A stretch of DNA of 63,750 nt, the filler included, from Craspedostauros australis (Eukaryota): assembly GCA_030167865.1 (NCBI GenBank). It is 8 parts of 8 records of this genome, joined end to end, with 100 filler letters (N's around TTAATTAATTAA, not from the genome) between each part and the next. Parts side by side here need not be neighbours in the genome. Positions count along the whole stretch, not along the records: positions 1 to 25,844 come from JALAGF010004377.1; 7 more parts are not named here. One strand, given 5' to 3'. Made by a program: the position numbers and the translations under genes. Below the pieces are notes generated by a model, which made no database searches, had not been told where the DNA came from, and worked only from the letters and a program-made list of their open reading frames with translations. This document shows positions 11,861-23,900 of the stretch, in pieces (positions within the stretch are counted from its first letter, which is position 1; every line of letters starts with the position of its first letter).

Positions 11861-14444
11861 ATGGCGTTTAAGCAACTGAGACCCATCCTGCTTCTCCTGT
11901 TGGGGATCTTCTGCGATGTTTCCGTAACAGCAGGCAATGTCCGCACGGCAGCTTCGCGCAATCAAGCAAGGAGAGCGATGGAGACGACAGGCACCGTCCA
12001 CCATGATAGCATTCGCAGCACAAGACTGATGAACGGTGACTCATCCTCAATCTACGACCTTCCCACTCTGGATGTGTCGGAATTCGACGATCTTCGCGTC
12101 CGGTTCAGTTTCAGAACGAGCGAGATGCAAGCAGGCAACAGCTTCAAGTTGCAGTACTCCTCCAATAATGGTGGCGAGTGGACGAACGTTGCAACCTACG
12201 TTCGTGGAAGCAACGACATCGCCAACCAAAGCTTCGTCAATGACAGGGAGTACATGATCGATCTGATTCTTGGAACAACAAGCGAGACGTTCACATTCGA
12301 ACACCAAAGCAGGTTCCGTTTCGTCTGCGAGAACTGCGGCGGCGGCTCCTCCACGTACGTCGACATCGCCAACTTTGCACTGCAAGGACTGGTGGACTTG
12401 GAAATCTCTACCAAACGTGACGAAATCAGCACGTCCAATCCAACATCGGCACCGACGAATGCGCCGACGTCCAATCCGACATCAACGCCAACGGATGCGC
12501 CGACGTCCAATCCAACATCAACGCCAACGGACGCGCCGACCCCCACGACGTGGGACAGCGTCTGCCCCATCCGCCGGCAGAACCCGCCCACGAAGTACGA
12601 GATCCAGATCTTCTCGGACTCCATCCCACACCCAACCGACGAGGTGGAGGATGATCTGTCCGAGATGAGCTACATCGCCTTCAGCGAACAACGTGACGCA
12701 AATGGCAAACGATACGCCTACACCGCATCGGACAAGGAGCAGTTCAGCCTCAAGGTCCTCCAGTTCAATGACTACGCTGGCGAAGACCATTTCGCCGGAG
12801 AGGGTGTGGTCGTGGCAGTATACACGCTTGATCTCCCACCACCGTTGAATGACGATTGGGAGGACATATCCCTCGGGCCGTGCACAGACACGGACGAAGG
12901 CTCCATGTACAGCACCGACCAGACCTGCATCTACATTGCGAACACCGGCAACAACAAGCGACCAAACAAGCCGCAACGCGAGGTCCTCTCCGTCTACAAG
13001 TTCGTCGAACCGGTCATCTCATCGCAGGGACCGGTTGATCAGCTCGTCCCGGTTGCCACAATCAAGTTCATCTACGCTTCCGGCTTCGCGCCAAAGATCT
13101 ACGACAGTAAGTGGCGGTTGAGTGTGTATGTGTGTATGCATGTATATGCTTGTGTGCATTGGATTGTGTGGGATTGATTGTCAACATGTGTGTGTGTGTC
13201 TCATTCATGTGCATGGGAATAACCATGTGGGTGGGTGTGTTCTGTGCTGCTGGGGTTCATGACTCACTTTGTGTCTACCCTTCCTCCTTCACTTGCTCTC
13301 AATTGAACACACCAACACACCAACACACCAACACACCAACACACACCAACTGATAACTGTGCTCGCAGGCGAAGCAATGTTCGTGGATTGGACAGGTGAT
13401 GAAGGTGTAATCGGCGACAACGCCGGCGATGTGTACGTCGTGACCAAGGGCGGATGTAGCGCCGGCGTTGGCAAGATCCCAGTATCCGTCCACAAGAACC
13501 TGGCAGCCGGCACAACGTCCACCAACTTCGAGATGGCAAGCGTTGTGGACGAACCACCCCAGCAGCTATCCATCACATGCCACGACGGGCCGTTCCGTGT
13601 GTGGACGGGCGCCGACATGCGCCGCGACGGCCGCCTCATCTCCTTGGTGCGCACAGGCGCCCCGGCCGCCGTGTACTTCTTCCCCAGGTTGGCCGGCGAG
13701 AGCATCGCCGAAGCCTTGAGCCGCCGCAGCTGCGACTACGTGTCGTCGACGTCGCGCGGACTGCCGAACGAGAACAAGCACGAGGCCGTGGCCTTCGTGG
13801 GACACGATCGCTTCATCGATCTGAGCGAGTGCGATGGCGGAAGGGATTGTTTGGCACCCATCTACTTTCACAACCTCGTGTTTCCGGGCACGGCCAATGT
13901 GGCTACCGTGGTGGAACCGGTGATAGGATGGCAGACCATCACGCACGATGTGTTCGGTGCCGACGATTGGGGTTCCTTCGAGTCCGGCGGCAAGTTCAGC
14001 AAGCTGTCGAACGCGTCGGACACTTCCGGCGGCGACACGTGCAACGGATCCTGCGCATGCGGCGGGCCATGGGCCGTGGAACTGGCCGTGGATCAAGGCC
14101 CCAAGTCATCCTTCCTGCATTCGGCCAACAAGGATCTGCGCGTGTACGACGCGGTGCGCGTGACGTTCCAGTACAAGTCACGATCGTACGATCATTTGGA
14201 TTCCCTGTACCTGGAACTGTCGTTAGACGGTGGCTTGAGCTACCACATCCTGGAGACGTGGGCGCATGAGGTGGACGGGTTCGTGAATGGAGTATGTTAC
14301 ACGGGCAAGGTGGTGATGACGCGGGAGCAGCTGCGCGTGTCGTCGTTCGGAACCCAGGTGCGGTTGCGGTTCCGCAATGGCGGCAACGCAGGCAACGATC
14401 GCATCTACGTGAACGACGTGAAATTTGAAGGTCACGTCGCGTGA
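11861..14444 (+). CDS. Secreted protein: signal peptide, jelly-roll-like domain, PT-repeat linker, DWED-type beta-propeller, second jelly-roll-like domain; exons 11861-13106 and 13369-14444
   Basis: Hydrophobic N-terminus. GTAAGT donor at 13107 and CAG acceptor ending 13368 give in-frame YDSEAMFVD. Motifs NDDWEDISLGPC, IYIANTGNN, TGADM. LQYSSNNGGEW and LELSLDGGLSY are related. Confidence 0.75.
12431..12538 (+). repeat. 3 x 36-bp tandem repeat encoding TSNPTS(A/T)PT(N/D)AP linker
   Basis: Direct repeats visible in DNA and protein. Confidence 0.9.
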
Positions 14445-14652
14445 GAATACATTATTACGTGATGATGCGCACTCTACAAGAAGATAGAAGAGTTCTGTAA
14501 ACAATTAGATTCATAGCATGCATGGGTTAAGTCGAGTTGCGAGTTGTTTGCATGATTTGCGCTTGCGTGCTAATGTATGGTATGTGCATTTGTGGTGGAG
14601 TACTGAACTTGAAGTTGAATGGTGGATTATAGAATATGATTTAAGGTTGATG

Positions 14653-15702
14653 CTATTGTAGTTCATCTACGAGGACATGACGAGGCGATCTGCCTGTGTA
14701 CAGATGCTTGGCGTTGGGAGTTTGGATGCTGTCATTGGCGTTGCTCTTGATGTTGTCGTTGTCACTGTCGTTGTTGCCACTGTTGCCTGCGTTGACCGTG
14801 TCTCCAACTTGCGCAGCAGTCTCCAAGGCATGCTGGTATTGACTGCATCTGACGGTATCCTGGTGCAGCGCCTGTCGTAATCTTTGCAGCAAGGCAGTGA
14901 TACGAGTGGACGAGATGGAGACGCCACATGCGCGCATCTGCAAGATCCAGGCCTGCTGATGATGCGGTGATATGATGGAGTCGTGCTCAAAGACGAACAG
15001 GATACACGCGATGGCCCATTCCTCGCTTGTGGCGTCAGCGCGTGGCTGCTGCAACGACGTGGCGATCTGCAGGACGGTCTTGAGAAGACTGCGAAAGGGG
15101 TCCTCGTCACAAGCATGGTGCCTCGTGAAGCTGGCGTACTGCGCGACGTAGTCCGTGATGGTGGGCACCGTGATGCACCACTGCATGTGCCGCAGCAGGA
15201 TGATCTCCATGGAGATGAGATCCTGGTGCGTGAAGGCGCCGCGACCCAGGTGCACGAGCTTGGGCAGCTCCAGCACGGTCGTCTGCTGGACCTTGAGGGC
15301 GAGCTGAAGGCACGTGGCTGCCAGCAGCTGCGGGTACATGCAGATGGAATCGGAAGTGAGCATGCCCACGTCCCACAGCTGGATGGCGAGCGTGGCTGCC
15401 ACATCGTCCAGCTGGCAGTGCTCCACGATCTTGTACATCCATTCGAGCAGCAGGGTGCGGCTGTGGGTGTGCTGTTGCATGCGCTGCTGCATGAACTGGA
15501 TTTGATCGTGGTTCTGCGATGCAATGCTCACGCTGTTCGGTGATGCTGATCGTGGTCGTCTTGTCTTTTCTGCGTTCACGCCATCGCTGCTGCTGCTCTC
15601 ATTGAGCTGGCTGAAGTGCTTGCGTCTGTGGGATGCCTCTTGCCGTCTCATGACGTCGAGCACGTCCCTGACTGCCTCCAATCGATCAACTTCGTCCATC
15701 AT
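14653..15702 (-). CDS. Cyclin (N-terminal cyclin box), resembling diatom-specific cyclins
   Basis: RTLLLEWMYKIVEHCQL, QLLAATCLQLALK, MEIILLRHMQW cyclin-box helices. Confidence 0.88.
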   Translation of the reverse strand: MMDEVDRLEAVRDVLDVMRRQEASHRRKHFSQLNESSSSDGVNAEKTRRPRSASPNSVSIASQNHDQIQFMQQRMQQHTHSRTLLLEWMYKIVEHCQLDDVAATLAIQLWDVGMLTSDSICMYPQLLAATCLQLALKVQQTTVLELPKLVHLGRGAFTHQDLISMEIILLRHMQWCITVPTITDYVAQYASFTRHHACDEDPFRSLLKTVLQIATSLQQPRADATSEEWAIACILFVFEHDSIISPHHQQAWILQMRACGVSISSTRITALLQRLRQALHQDTVRCSQYQHALETAAQVGDTVNAGNSGNNDSDNDNIKSNANDSIQTPNAKHLYTGRSPRHVLVDELQ

Positions 15703-17061
15703 GGCGATCTTGGAATACTTGCTTGGATTGTTGCTGTACTTGTGAGTATTGTGAGTACTGTGAGTACTGTCTGGTATGGTAGAATATTATACTGTCTAGA
15801 CTAGAGTATGAACGATGATGTTTCACGTCTGATATGAGTATAACTGCTGTAGTCGAACGAGTAACAGCGGAGGTCATATATGAGTACGCGTAGCCGTCCT
15901 CGTCTTGGTTGGATTGAATACTTGGGTGGGTATCTGTGTTGATTCGTTGTGCTTGATCAATTCTCTCATGGATGCTGCTGTTGGTGTTGCTTTCACTCTC
16001 ATCTGCTCTTTGCTTTGTGTTGCTTTGCTTTGTGTTGCTTCCCTCTTCCGACAATCGAAAGGATAGTATTGTAGAATAGACTATGTTTGTGATTTCGTTT
16101 CTCCTTCTGCTCTTCGTCTGTTGTCTTTGTGCGAAACAGATTTTATTGTGATGATCATCGGCATCATCCTCCTCCTCCGCTTCCTTCTCTTCATCTTCTT
16201 GCCTCACGGTTCGCAACATCACTGGTACTATCACCCCTCCCACTGGCGCTCGCTGTGCACGAACGAAACCTCCCTCTCGCCCAACAGAGATTCTGCTCGC
16301 CACTCAACCAACACGCGCTCAAACTCTGTTCTGTTTGGGTTTGTCTTGTTTGCAAAAACGGACCACCACACTCGCTCCCTCCCTCGCACAACTCTCACGT
16401 ACATTTCCTACTGCCACTTTCATGTGCCTGTGACACTCACAACGAGCTGAACCAGTTGCGAGGTCGTAATCAACTTCGCCTCGCCATGACTCATTGGACG
16501 TTACGACCGTTACGTCATCCAACCAATCCAACTTCCAAAAATCCGGCAGAACAATCAATCGAACCAGTCGAGAGTTCTGAATCTCAGTTCGAAAAAAGTT
16601 GGTTCGGCAAAAACGCGACAGGAATCGCCAGCGAATCTTGTGGAGGATCTTCGTTTCTGTTCCGTTCTGTGATGTCGTGTTGTTGCCGATCGTGTCTTCA
16701 TTCGGTGGGTCGACCATGGGTTGTTTTCAATCGTGGTCATTGTTACGAATTCACGATTTGGCACCTGTGCTGATTTGTGTTTGTACAATACTAAGTCTGG
16801 ACACCGTCGGCAACATCAACAGTGGCACGTCACAAAGTGTCACGCACATCACGCCATCGCGTGGCGCCAATTGTTCTTCGCCATCCAATGATGATCGGAT
16901 GATGATCGACGGTGCCACGACGATGGATGCAGGCAATGAGATGATGGCCATCGTCGGGATCATGCACCGAGCGAACGAACCGAACAAGGTGCTACGACTA
17001 TCTTTGGAGAAGAGCGGCAACGCAAGCGGCAACGGCACCAACTGCAATACCGATTTTGACG

Positions 17062-18138
17062 ATGACAACAGGCACATCACGCAAGCGTCGAAGAGCGAGG
17101 TCGCAGCTCGTTGCCGTCTGCTTCCTCTCCATCCAATCTCCAAGCAACGTCGATGCGTTCATCTCGCGGCAGGCGTTGCGAGATGGTGTTGCACGGTGGC
17201 ATCCGCATGAATGGCATGCATTGCAGTATCCTGCAGACATGAGACGTGCATGCAGACTACCAGCTGCTGCATCCGCATCATCATCCATGTTACCCCCACC
17301 ATCACCACTAACAGCAGCAGCATCTTCAAGATTGCTGCTGTCGCCTCAGCAGCTGGGGAGCTTCGAGCCGTTGCAGCTGGATGCTCCAACCACCTCCCGC
17401 CTCGTCAGCTTGCAAGACTTCAGCGCAGCGGATCCGATACAATTCGAAGTCGGATGGGAGATGCAGAAGGACATACATCAGGATCAGATGGACAGGCTGC
17501 GGTCTTCCGCGGCGCTAGCTGAGGTTGCCTCATCTCAATTTGTACCGTCCGAAAATACACGCAAGGAGGACAGTGCAGCATCGACGATCGGCTGTGACAC
17601 GGTCGTCATGCTGCAGCATGAACCAGTGTACACCTTGGGGACGGGCTCCGATGCACAGTTCGTCAAGTCTGCGAACGGCAAAGTCCCGACCGTACGCATG
17701 GATCGTGGCGGCGAGGTCACCTACCACGGACCTGGGCAGCTAACCGTGTATCCCATCCTGGATCTCAGAATGTACCGGCAGGACATCCACTGGTACATGC
17801 GAGCGTTGGAGGAGGCCGTCCTGCTTGCGTTGCAAATGAGCGGCGTCACGGGCGCAGAACGGCAAGACGACACCACGGGCATCTGGGTCGACAATCACAA
17901 GGTCGCGGCCGTCGGGATCAAGTGCCGTCGATGGGTGACCATGCACGGCGTCGCCATCAACGTGGAGCATAAGTGCCTGGATGATTTTGCTGGCATCGTT
18001 CCGTGCGGGCTGGAAGGTCGCAGGGTCGGTTGCGTCAATCAGTTCTGCGACGAGCCGATCACGGTGCGGGACTTTGCCGTTCACATGAAGGCGGCTTTGG
18101 AGCACGTGTTCCGAATAAAGCTTGTGGAACGTGCCTAG
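17062..18138 (+). CDS. lipB: Octanoyltransferase (lipoate-protein ligase B), probably plastid-targeted
   Basis: QHEPVYTLG, RGGEVTYHGPGQL, KVAAVG, HGVAIN, IVPCGL; N-terminal extension with VDA-F resembling a bipartite plastid presequence. Confidence 0.93.
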   Translation: MTTGTSRKRRRARSQLVAVCFLSIQSPSNVDAFISRQALRDGVARWHPHEWHALQYPADMRRACRLPAAASASSSMLPPPSPLTAAASSRLLLSPQQLGSFEPLQLDAPTTSRLVSLQDFSAADPIQFEVGWEMQKDIHQDQMDRLRSSAALAEVASSQFVPSENTRKEDSAASTIGCDTVVMLQHEPVYTLGTGSDAQFVKSANGKVPTVRMDRGGEVTYHGPGQLTVYPILDLRMYRQDIHWYMRALEEAVLLALQMSGVTGAERQDDTTGIWVDNHKVAAVGIKCRRWVTMHGVAINVEHKCLDDFAGIVPCGLEGRRVGCVNQFCDEPITVRDFAVHMKAALEHVFRIKLVERA

Positions 18139-18567
18139 CTGAACAGCATGTGAGGGCTACGCACAAGGCAGACAGAGCCCGGCAGCGTCCAAAAGGATGA
18201 GGTACGAGTACAGCTGCAGAGCGACACTAGTGCGATTGTAGAGTGCGTTAGAGTGGTCTCATTACCAAACACGAACGCAGTTGCTCTGCCAAACACTCTG
18301 GCCTCTTGCACAAGCTATTCGCATCTGTGCCATGCATGCGCCATACACGTACGAGCTACCATACGTGCGTAGGAGTGCCGTTCCCTACCAACTGCTGGGG
18401 AGGCGAAGAGACAGAAAAGTTCGCACGAACGATGGCTGCCCACATCATGAAACAGATCGTCAATAATTGCAGTGCGAGTATCAATCAACTTGCCGATCTT
18501 CCGCAGCACACGAGCTTTGGTCCGCAACAGATCTACATTGGGAGTTGGATGTTCTGCGCTGTTCCTG

Positions 18568-18573
<6 letters not shown>

Positions 18574-18608
<35 letters not shown>
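18574..18608 (+). repeat. (GCT)n microsatellite, preceded by GTT and followed by CT repeats
   Basis: Direct reading of the sequence. Confidence 0.9.
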
Positions 18609-18610
<2 letters not shown>

Positions 18611-20647
18611 CTCTCTCCTGGCCTATCATACGAGCCAGCACCATGCACGCACCATACATACCTTCCCCTTGTGCGGTACCTCATGGATCCGAGGTGAGAA
18701 TGGAGAGCGCTCTACTGATAAACTCCAACCTCTGAGTAAAGAGCCCAGAGACATCCAACAGTGCCTGTTGGATACCGTCGAGACGAGGCTCGCTCGAGAG
18801 GGAATTGGAGGTCCCGCAGCCCCTTGCCAGACAAGCGCCTTCCGCCATTCCCTCTGGAGAGTGTCTCTGGGCACTATCCTCCTCTGTTCTATTGAGGTGC
18901 TGCGACGCGATGCGGCTTGAAGTCTCTTGTGGGGGCGCTGAGCTGTTATTCCTTGCTCCTGCCCTTGCTGCTTGGGATTGATGCTTTGCCGTCCCTTGCG
19001 CTTCTGCACTCGCTGGCAGACAATGGACGACATGGGCACGAAGAGCGCCGTGGCGGAACTGTGAAGCGCGCGTACTGGTTCGAGCTGCACATTCTGCACC
19101 TGAGAGCACCTTGTCTCGTTGGCGTTCACAAAGAAATAGGTGTTCCGCTCCAATTGCCCTGAGTCTGCAGGCACCGTAGCGGGAACAGGAACAGAAGTTC
19201 GCAAATAAGGGCTACTTGTTGCCACAAGGGGTCATCACAGTCACGAATCAACCGCCAACGGTCATTCTACCAATCCTGTTTGATATTTCGTGGAACGACG
19301 TGCTGCGCTCTGGAGTACCTACGAGTAAAGTGCCTGCGCCAGATCTCGCCCCGTACCACCTCCCAGCTCTCTTCTCTCGTCATCGGAGCGTTGTGTCCAA
19401 ATCATCCAAGACGGACATGGCGAACGGCCGAAAACTGGTGATTGCCTTGCTCTTTTGCATTACGAGTTACTGGAACGCCACCGCTCGGACACAACACAAC
19501 CACAAATCTGGGCATCGGAGTATCCTTGTTGCAGGCTCTTCTCTATCGCGGGAATCTTAGCAGCGGGTGTTGCGAAATTGCGAACGACTGTTCACGCGTT
19601 CGCTTGCTCGACATGTTTACTCTTGCTGATTTCGCTCGGAAGCTCACTGGCGATCGCTGAGCATCGGCATCAACGATTGCTGCCCAAGCATCATACGTAG
19701 ATACACACTGATACGACTATTTGGACGCATAGCACCCTGGCACGCCCTGCAAATTCACACGAGCTGTTGGTGTGTACGCCATGGAGTGTGATACTTCGCG
19801 GGCGATAGAGAGCACCAGCAGGACAGGAAACCAAACAGCAACGAAAGGCAGCATCAACCGCCAACAACCAGCAAAGGCATCACGGGAGAGAAATAAATGT
19901 CCAGAAGGGAGCCATCGCCTCACCCCTTCCCGAGGCGAACCTCTATCTGGGGCACGCTCCTCATGTACTGGTAGCTCCTGCATACCAACAGGGAGCAGCA
20001 GGAACAGTACAGCGTACCCTAAATACGGACGAAGGATCACGCAGATCCGCCACCTTTGTCCAGTTTAGATCCTTCACTTGTTCGTTCGTTGAGGCGCAGA
20101 CGGAACCTCGTGAATTAGAGAGAATAGGAAACCGAAGCGCGCCGTTACCATTCGTGGATGGAAAGATATTTTGGGGTTCGAAAGACAGCACAAAGATGGC
20201 GCTGTGAGTGCCAATTCACGCCGACTCACGATGGTTCTCCGCTGTCTGTAAACAATCAGGAGGACTATACTGCGCGTACGTGTGGCGCGCATGAGGAGAG
20301 CACGATCTGCTCTGTTGGTATGTCGAACTGAACCCAAGCATCCAGCGCCATGCCACCCCTCTTCCTGTGTCATTCAGTTCGGCATCAAAGGCATCCTTGT
20401 CGATGTTGGACCATCTCCTGGTGTTGCCGAAAACAACGAAGGACCCAACCACAAGCGGAATGCCTGCAGAGCAGCGTAGCTCTTGAGTAACTCGTTGTTA
20501 CGAGTACACATTGCCATGTATGCACCAGCAGATGACTCTTCGTATCACGTGTACTCGTATTAGTACACATAGGTAGGTCGTGCTGTGGTTCGTGTGATAC
20601 GTACGAGCAGAGCAACCGCATCGCAATTGCCCAAGTTACTGTGCTGC

Positions 20648-20902
20648 TGTTGGTGCACTGGCCAATCGTCAGCATCCGTCCGTCGCACGTAATGACCCAA
20701 AGGCGCAAAACGACGCAGAGCCAGAGAAAAACACAACGAACGCAGAAAACAGCCAAACCAAAACCAACACAGACCACTCATAAAATCAAACAAACAGTAT
20801 CCGATCGAATTACACAGCATTGACATCACACAGCATCAGCTCTGGTTCCACCCTTCAGCTTATAGCTGGGTAGGGGACCGACACTGAACTGTTGTATCAA
20901 CA
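20648..20902 (+). repeat. 5' LTR, 255 bp
   Basis: Ends defined by the TSD-flanked copy at 35257-35511; terminal inverted TGTTG/CAACA. Confidence 0.97.
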
Positions 20903-20918
20903 TACTGTTTGTTTGATT
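20903..20918 (+). promoter_or_regulatory. Non-tRNA primer-binding site complementary to LTR positions 20784-20799 (putative self-priming site)
   Basis: TACTGTTTGTTTGATT directly after the LTR is the exact reverse complement of AATCAAACAAACAGTA; no TGG start as required for a tRNA 3' CCA. Confidence 0.8.
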
Positions 20919-20934
20919 CAGCTCTATCACAACG

Positions 20935-23900
20935 ATGAGCACCGACAAGAAGCCGGCAGCGCCAACGAAGCCGAAGGCAGAAGGCGTCGCCAACAACAAC
21001 AACAACAAACCCAACCGTGGACATCGCAACCATCCGTTCGTCAAGCCAGCCAAGTTCGAAGGGGTGTGCCCCGAGCTCAAGGGCTATGTCTTTGACTGTG
21101 CTGCCGTACGTGCCAAGCAGGTGGACGAATTCACAAAGACCATCGAAGCCATCACCAACTATGCTGGAACACAGTACGGACCGGTTGTGAGCATGGCAGT
21201 GGAGAACATGGAAGCACCCTCCATCACAGAGCCTGAGGACTATGCAGAAGGAGCATCTGAGATCGAGAAGGACAAGTGGAAGAGACGCTATGCACTCTAT
21301 ACCACGCGCCTCACCAACGCCGAGACCGACTATCAGAAGATGTACGCGGTCATCTGGGGACAGTGTTCCGACATCATGCGGACACGTATCCAGGAATCCG
21401 ACAACTACACCACAACATCCACCACACGAGACACCGCCGCACTCATCAAGATCATCAAAGGCGTCGTCTTCAACTACCAGACACACGAACAAGGAACAGT
21501 GGCCGCATGCATGATCATGCAGGAGCTTATGGGACTTCGTCAGAAGCACCGACAGACCGTCCAAGACTACTACGAATCGTTTGTCAACCTCGCCGATGTG
21601 AACGACACGGTCGAAACCTCCATCACACACGTGGAATGCATCATTAATGCCATCGCCAAGGAGCGTGGCATCGACAACCCAAACACAGCGCAAAAGAAGG
21701 TGCTCAAGGCCGACGGCAGACAGCGATTCCTTTCTGTACTCTTCATCCTGGGCTCCGACCGCCGCAGGTTTGGTTCCCTCATCGAGGACCTCCACAATGA
21801 ACAGGTCAAAGGCAATGACCAGTATCCCAAGACACTTGTGGCAGCACTCACCATGCTCAGCCACTGGTCGAAGGACCCAAGGAATGTACCGGGCATCAGC
21901 ACACCAAAAGACACAGGCATGGCGTTTGTGAACGCGAACAACCCAGGTGGAAAAGAGGCATGCACTCGATGTGGCCGCACCAACCACACACTGGATCAAT
22001 GTCATGCGAAGTATCACAGTGACGGCACTGTCCTTGTGCACGCTGATGATGGATACAACGATGACGACTTCGTGTTCCTACATGCGCACCTGGATGAACA
22101 CACAAGCCACACACTCAACCAGGCAACCAACATCATCCCAAGGAACTGGATCCTCCTCGACAACCAGTCGACAGTTGATGTCTTCAGCAACGGACGTCTC
22201 CTCAAGGACATCCACACCCTTGAGAACAGTCTCACCATCCACTGCAATGCAGGGACTGCCACCACCAATCAACGCGGCACTCTTCCAGGATACGGGGATG
22301 TCTGGTATCACCCAGACGGGGTCGCCAACATCCTCTCCCTCAGCAAGGTGAAGGGTCGATTCCGTGTCACCTACGACAGCACTGGAACCAACCGCTTCAC
22401 AGTGCACAAACAAGATGGGTCCATGCAATCCTTCCAGGAATCCCCAGGTGGTCTTTTCTACCTTGATACCAGCAGCACCAACAACCTCCACGAAACAACC
22501 ATGGTCAACACAGTAGCTGATAACCGCAATAGCTTCTCGTCTTTTGACTATTCGCAGGCCAAACTGGCCAGGTCCCTACAACAGCGTATTGGTCGCCCCA
22601 CGTCGCGTACTTTCATCAGATATGTTCGCAACGGCATGATCCCTGACTGTCCTATCACCGCCAAGGACATTCGAACTGCTGACCTCATTTTTGGTCCAGA
22701 CGTGGCTTCCATGAAAGGGAAAACAGTGAGACACGTGTCTCCAGCCGTACGAGCGGAGATCGCACAGATTCCTGCGAACATCATGCAGCAATATCGCAAC
22801 GTACAATTGTCAGTCGACATCATGGTTGTCAATGGCATCAAGTTCCTGGTCTCCATCGCCAAGCACATCAAGTTCGGCACAGTCGCAAAACTCGATTCTG
22901 CATCAAACACAGTCCTCACCAAACAATTCCACAACATCATCCAACTCTACAAGCAGCGAGGGTTCCGTGTCACAATCATCATGGCAGACAACCAATTCGA
23001 ATCCCTACGTGGCGAACTGGCCGAGCGAGGTGTTGGAGTGAATGTGACATCGCGGGACGAACACGTACCAGAAGTGGAACGGTACATCCGAACCATCAAG
23101 GAACGCGTGCGATCTACGTATCACGCACTTCCATTCAAACACTACCCGCCCATCCTCATCATCGAGATGGTACATCATGCTGTGTATTGGCTCAACATGT
23201 TCCCTCATCAGAACGGGGTCAGCAAGCGAATGAGCCCATCGGAAATAGTCGTGGGCCGCAAGCTGAATTACAATGCACACTGTCGTCTTGAATTCGGCAG
23301 CTATGTGCAAACGCACGAGCAGCATGACAACACAATGCAGCCACGAACCGTCGGTGCTATCGCAGTCAGGCCGTCAGGAAACGACCAAGGTGGTTATCTC
23401 TTCATCAGTCTGGAGACTGGCATGCGACTACACCGCAGATCGTGGACGGAAGTACCCATGCCCCAATCCGTCATCGACCATGTCCATGGCATGGCGAAAC
23501 GTGCAAAAACGAATCAAACCCTGAAGTTCTCCTATCAGCGCGGTGTGGAGCTGTACCCTGTCCATGATGAAGATGATGATGATGACGACAGTGACAGTGA
23601 CAGCGATAGTGACAGTGAATCCGACAGCGAATCAGAATCAAGCGAGGACACGGACGAAGACAGCCTCGACGACGAGGACGGCGATGATGGGAGCAGCGAC
23701 AGCGAATCGGAGGCATCCAACGGAACCGAATCGGATGGCAGCTCAGATGACAGCGACGGCAATGATGATGATGATGGCGACAGCAATAATGGTGTTGAGG
23801 ATGCAAATGTCCTGCCACCGATCATTGCGGACCTGCCACTAATCATTGATGATGCACCACAACTGGCAGACGAGGAGAATATCGAGGCTGGAAATGGACA

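Noticed and set aside
13300..13350. ACACCAAC repeats, also (CATC)n at about 11805 and 39835, GTGAGTACT at about 15742 and (CT)n at about 29207
   Set aside because: Simple microsatellites with no spacers; not CRISPR or telomeric arrays.
18200..20640. Short ORFs upstream of the Copia element
   Set aside because: No recognisable product. The element's TSD (left flank GCTGC) cannot be confirmed because the right flank is in a gap.
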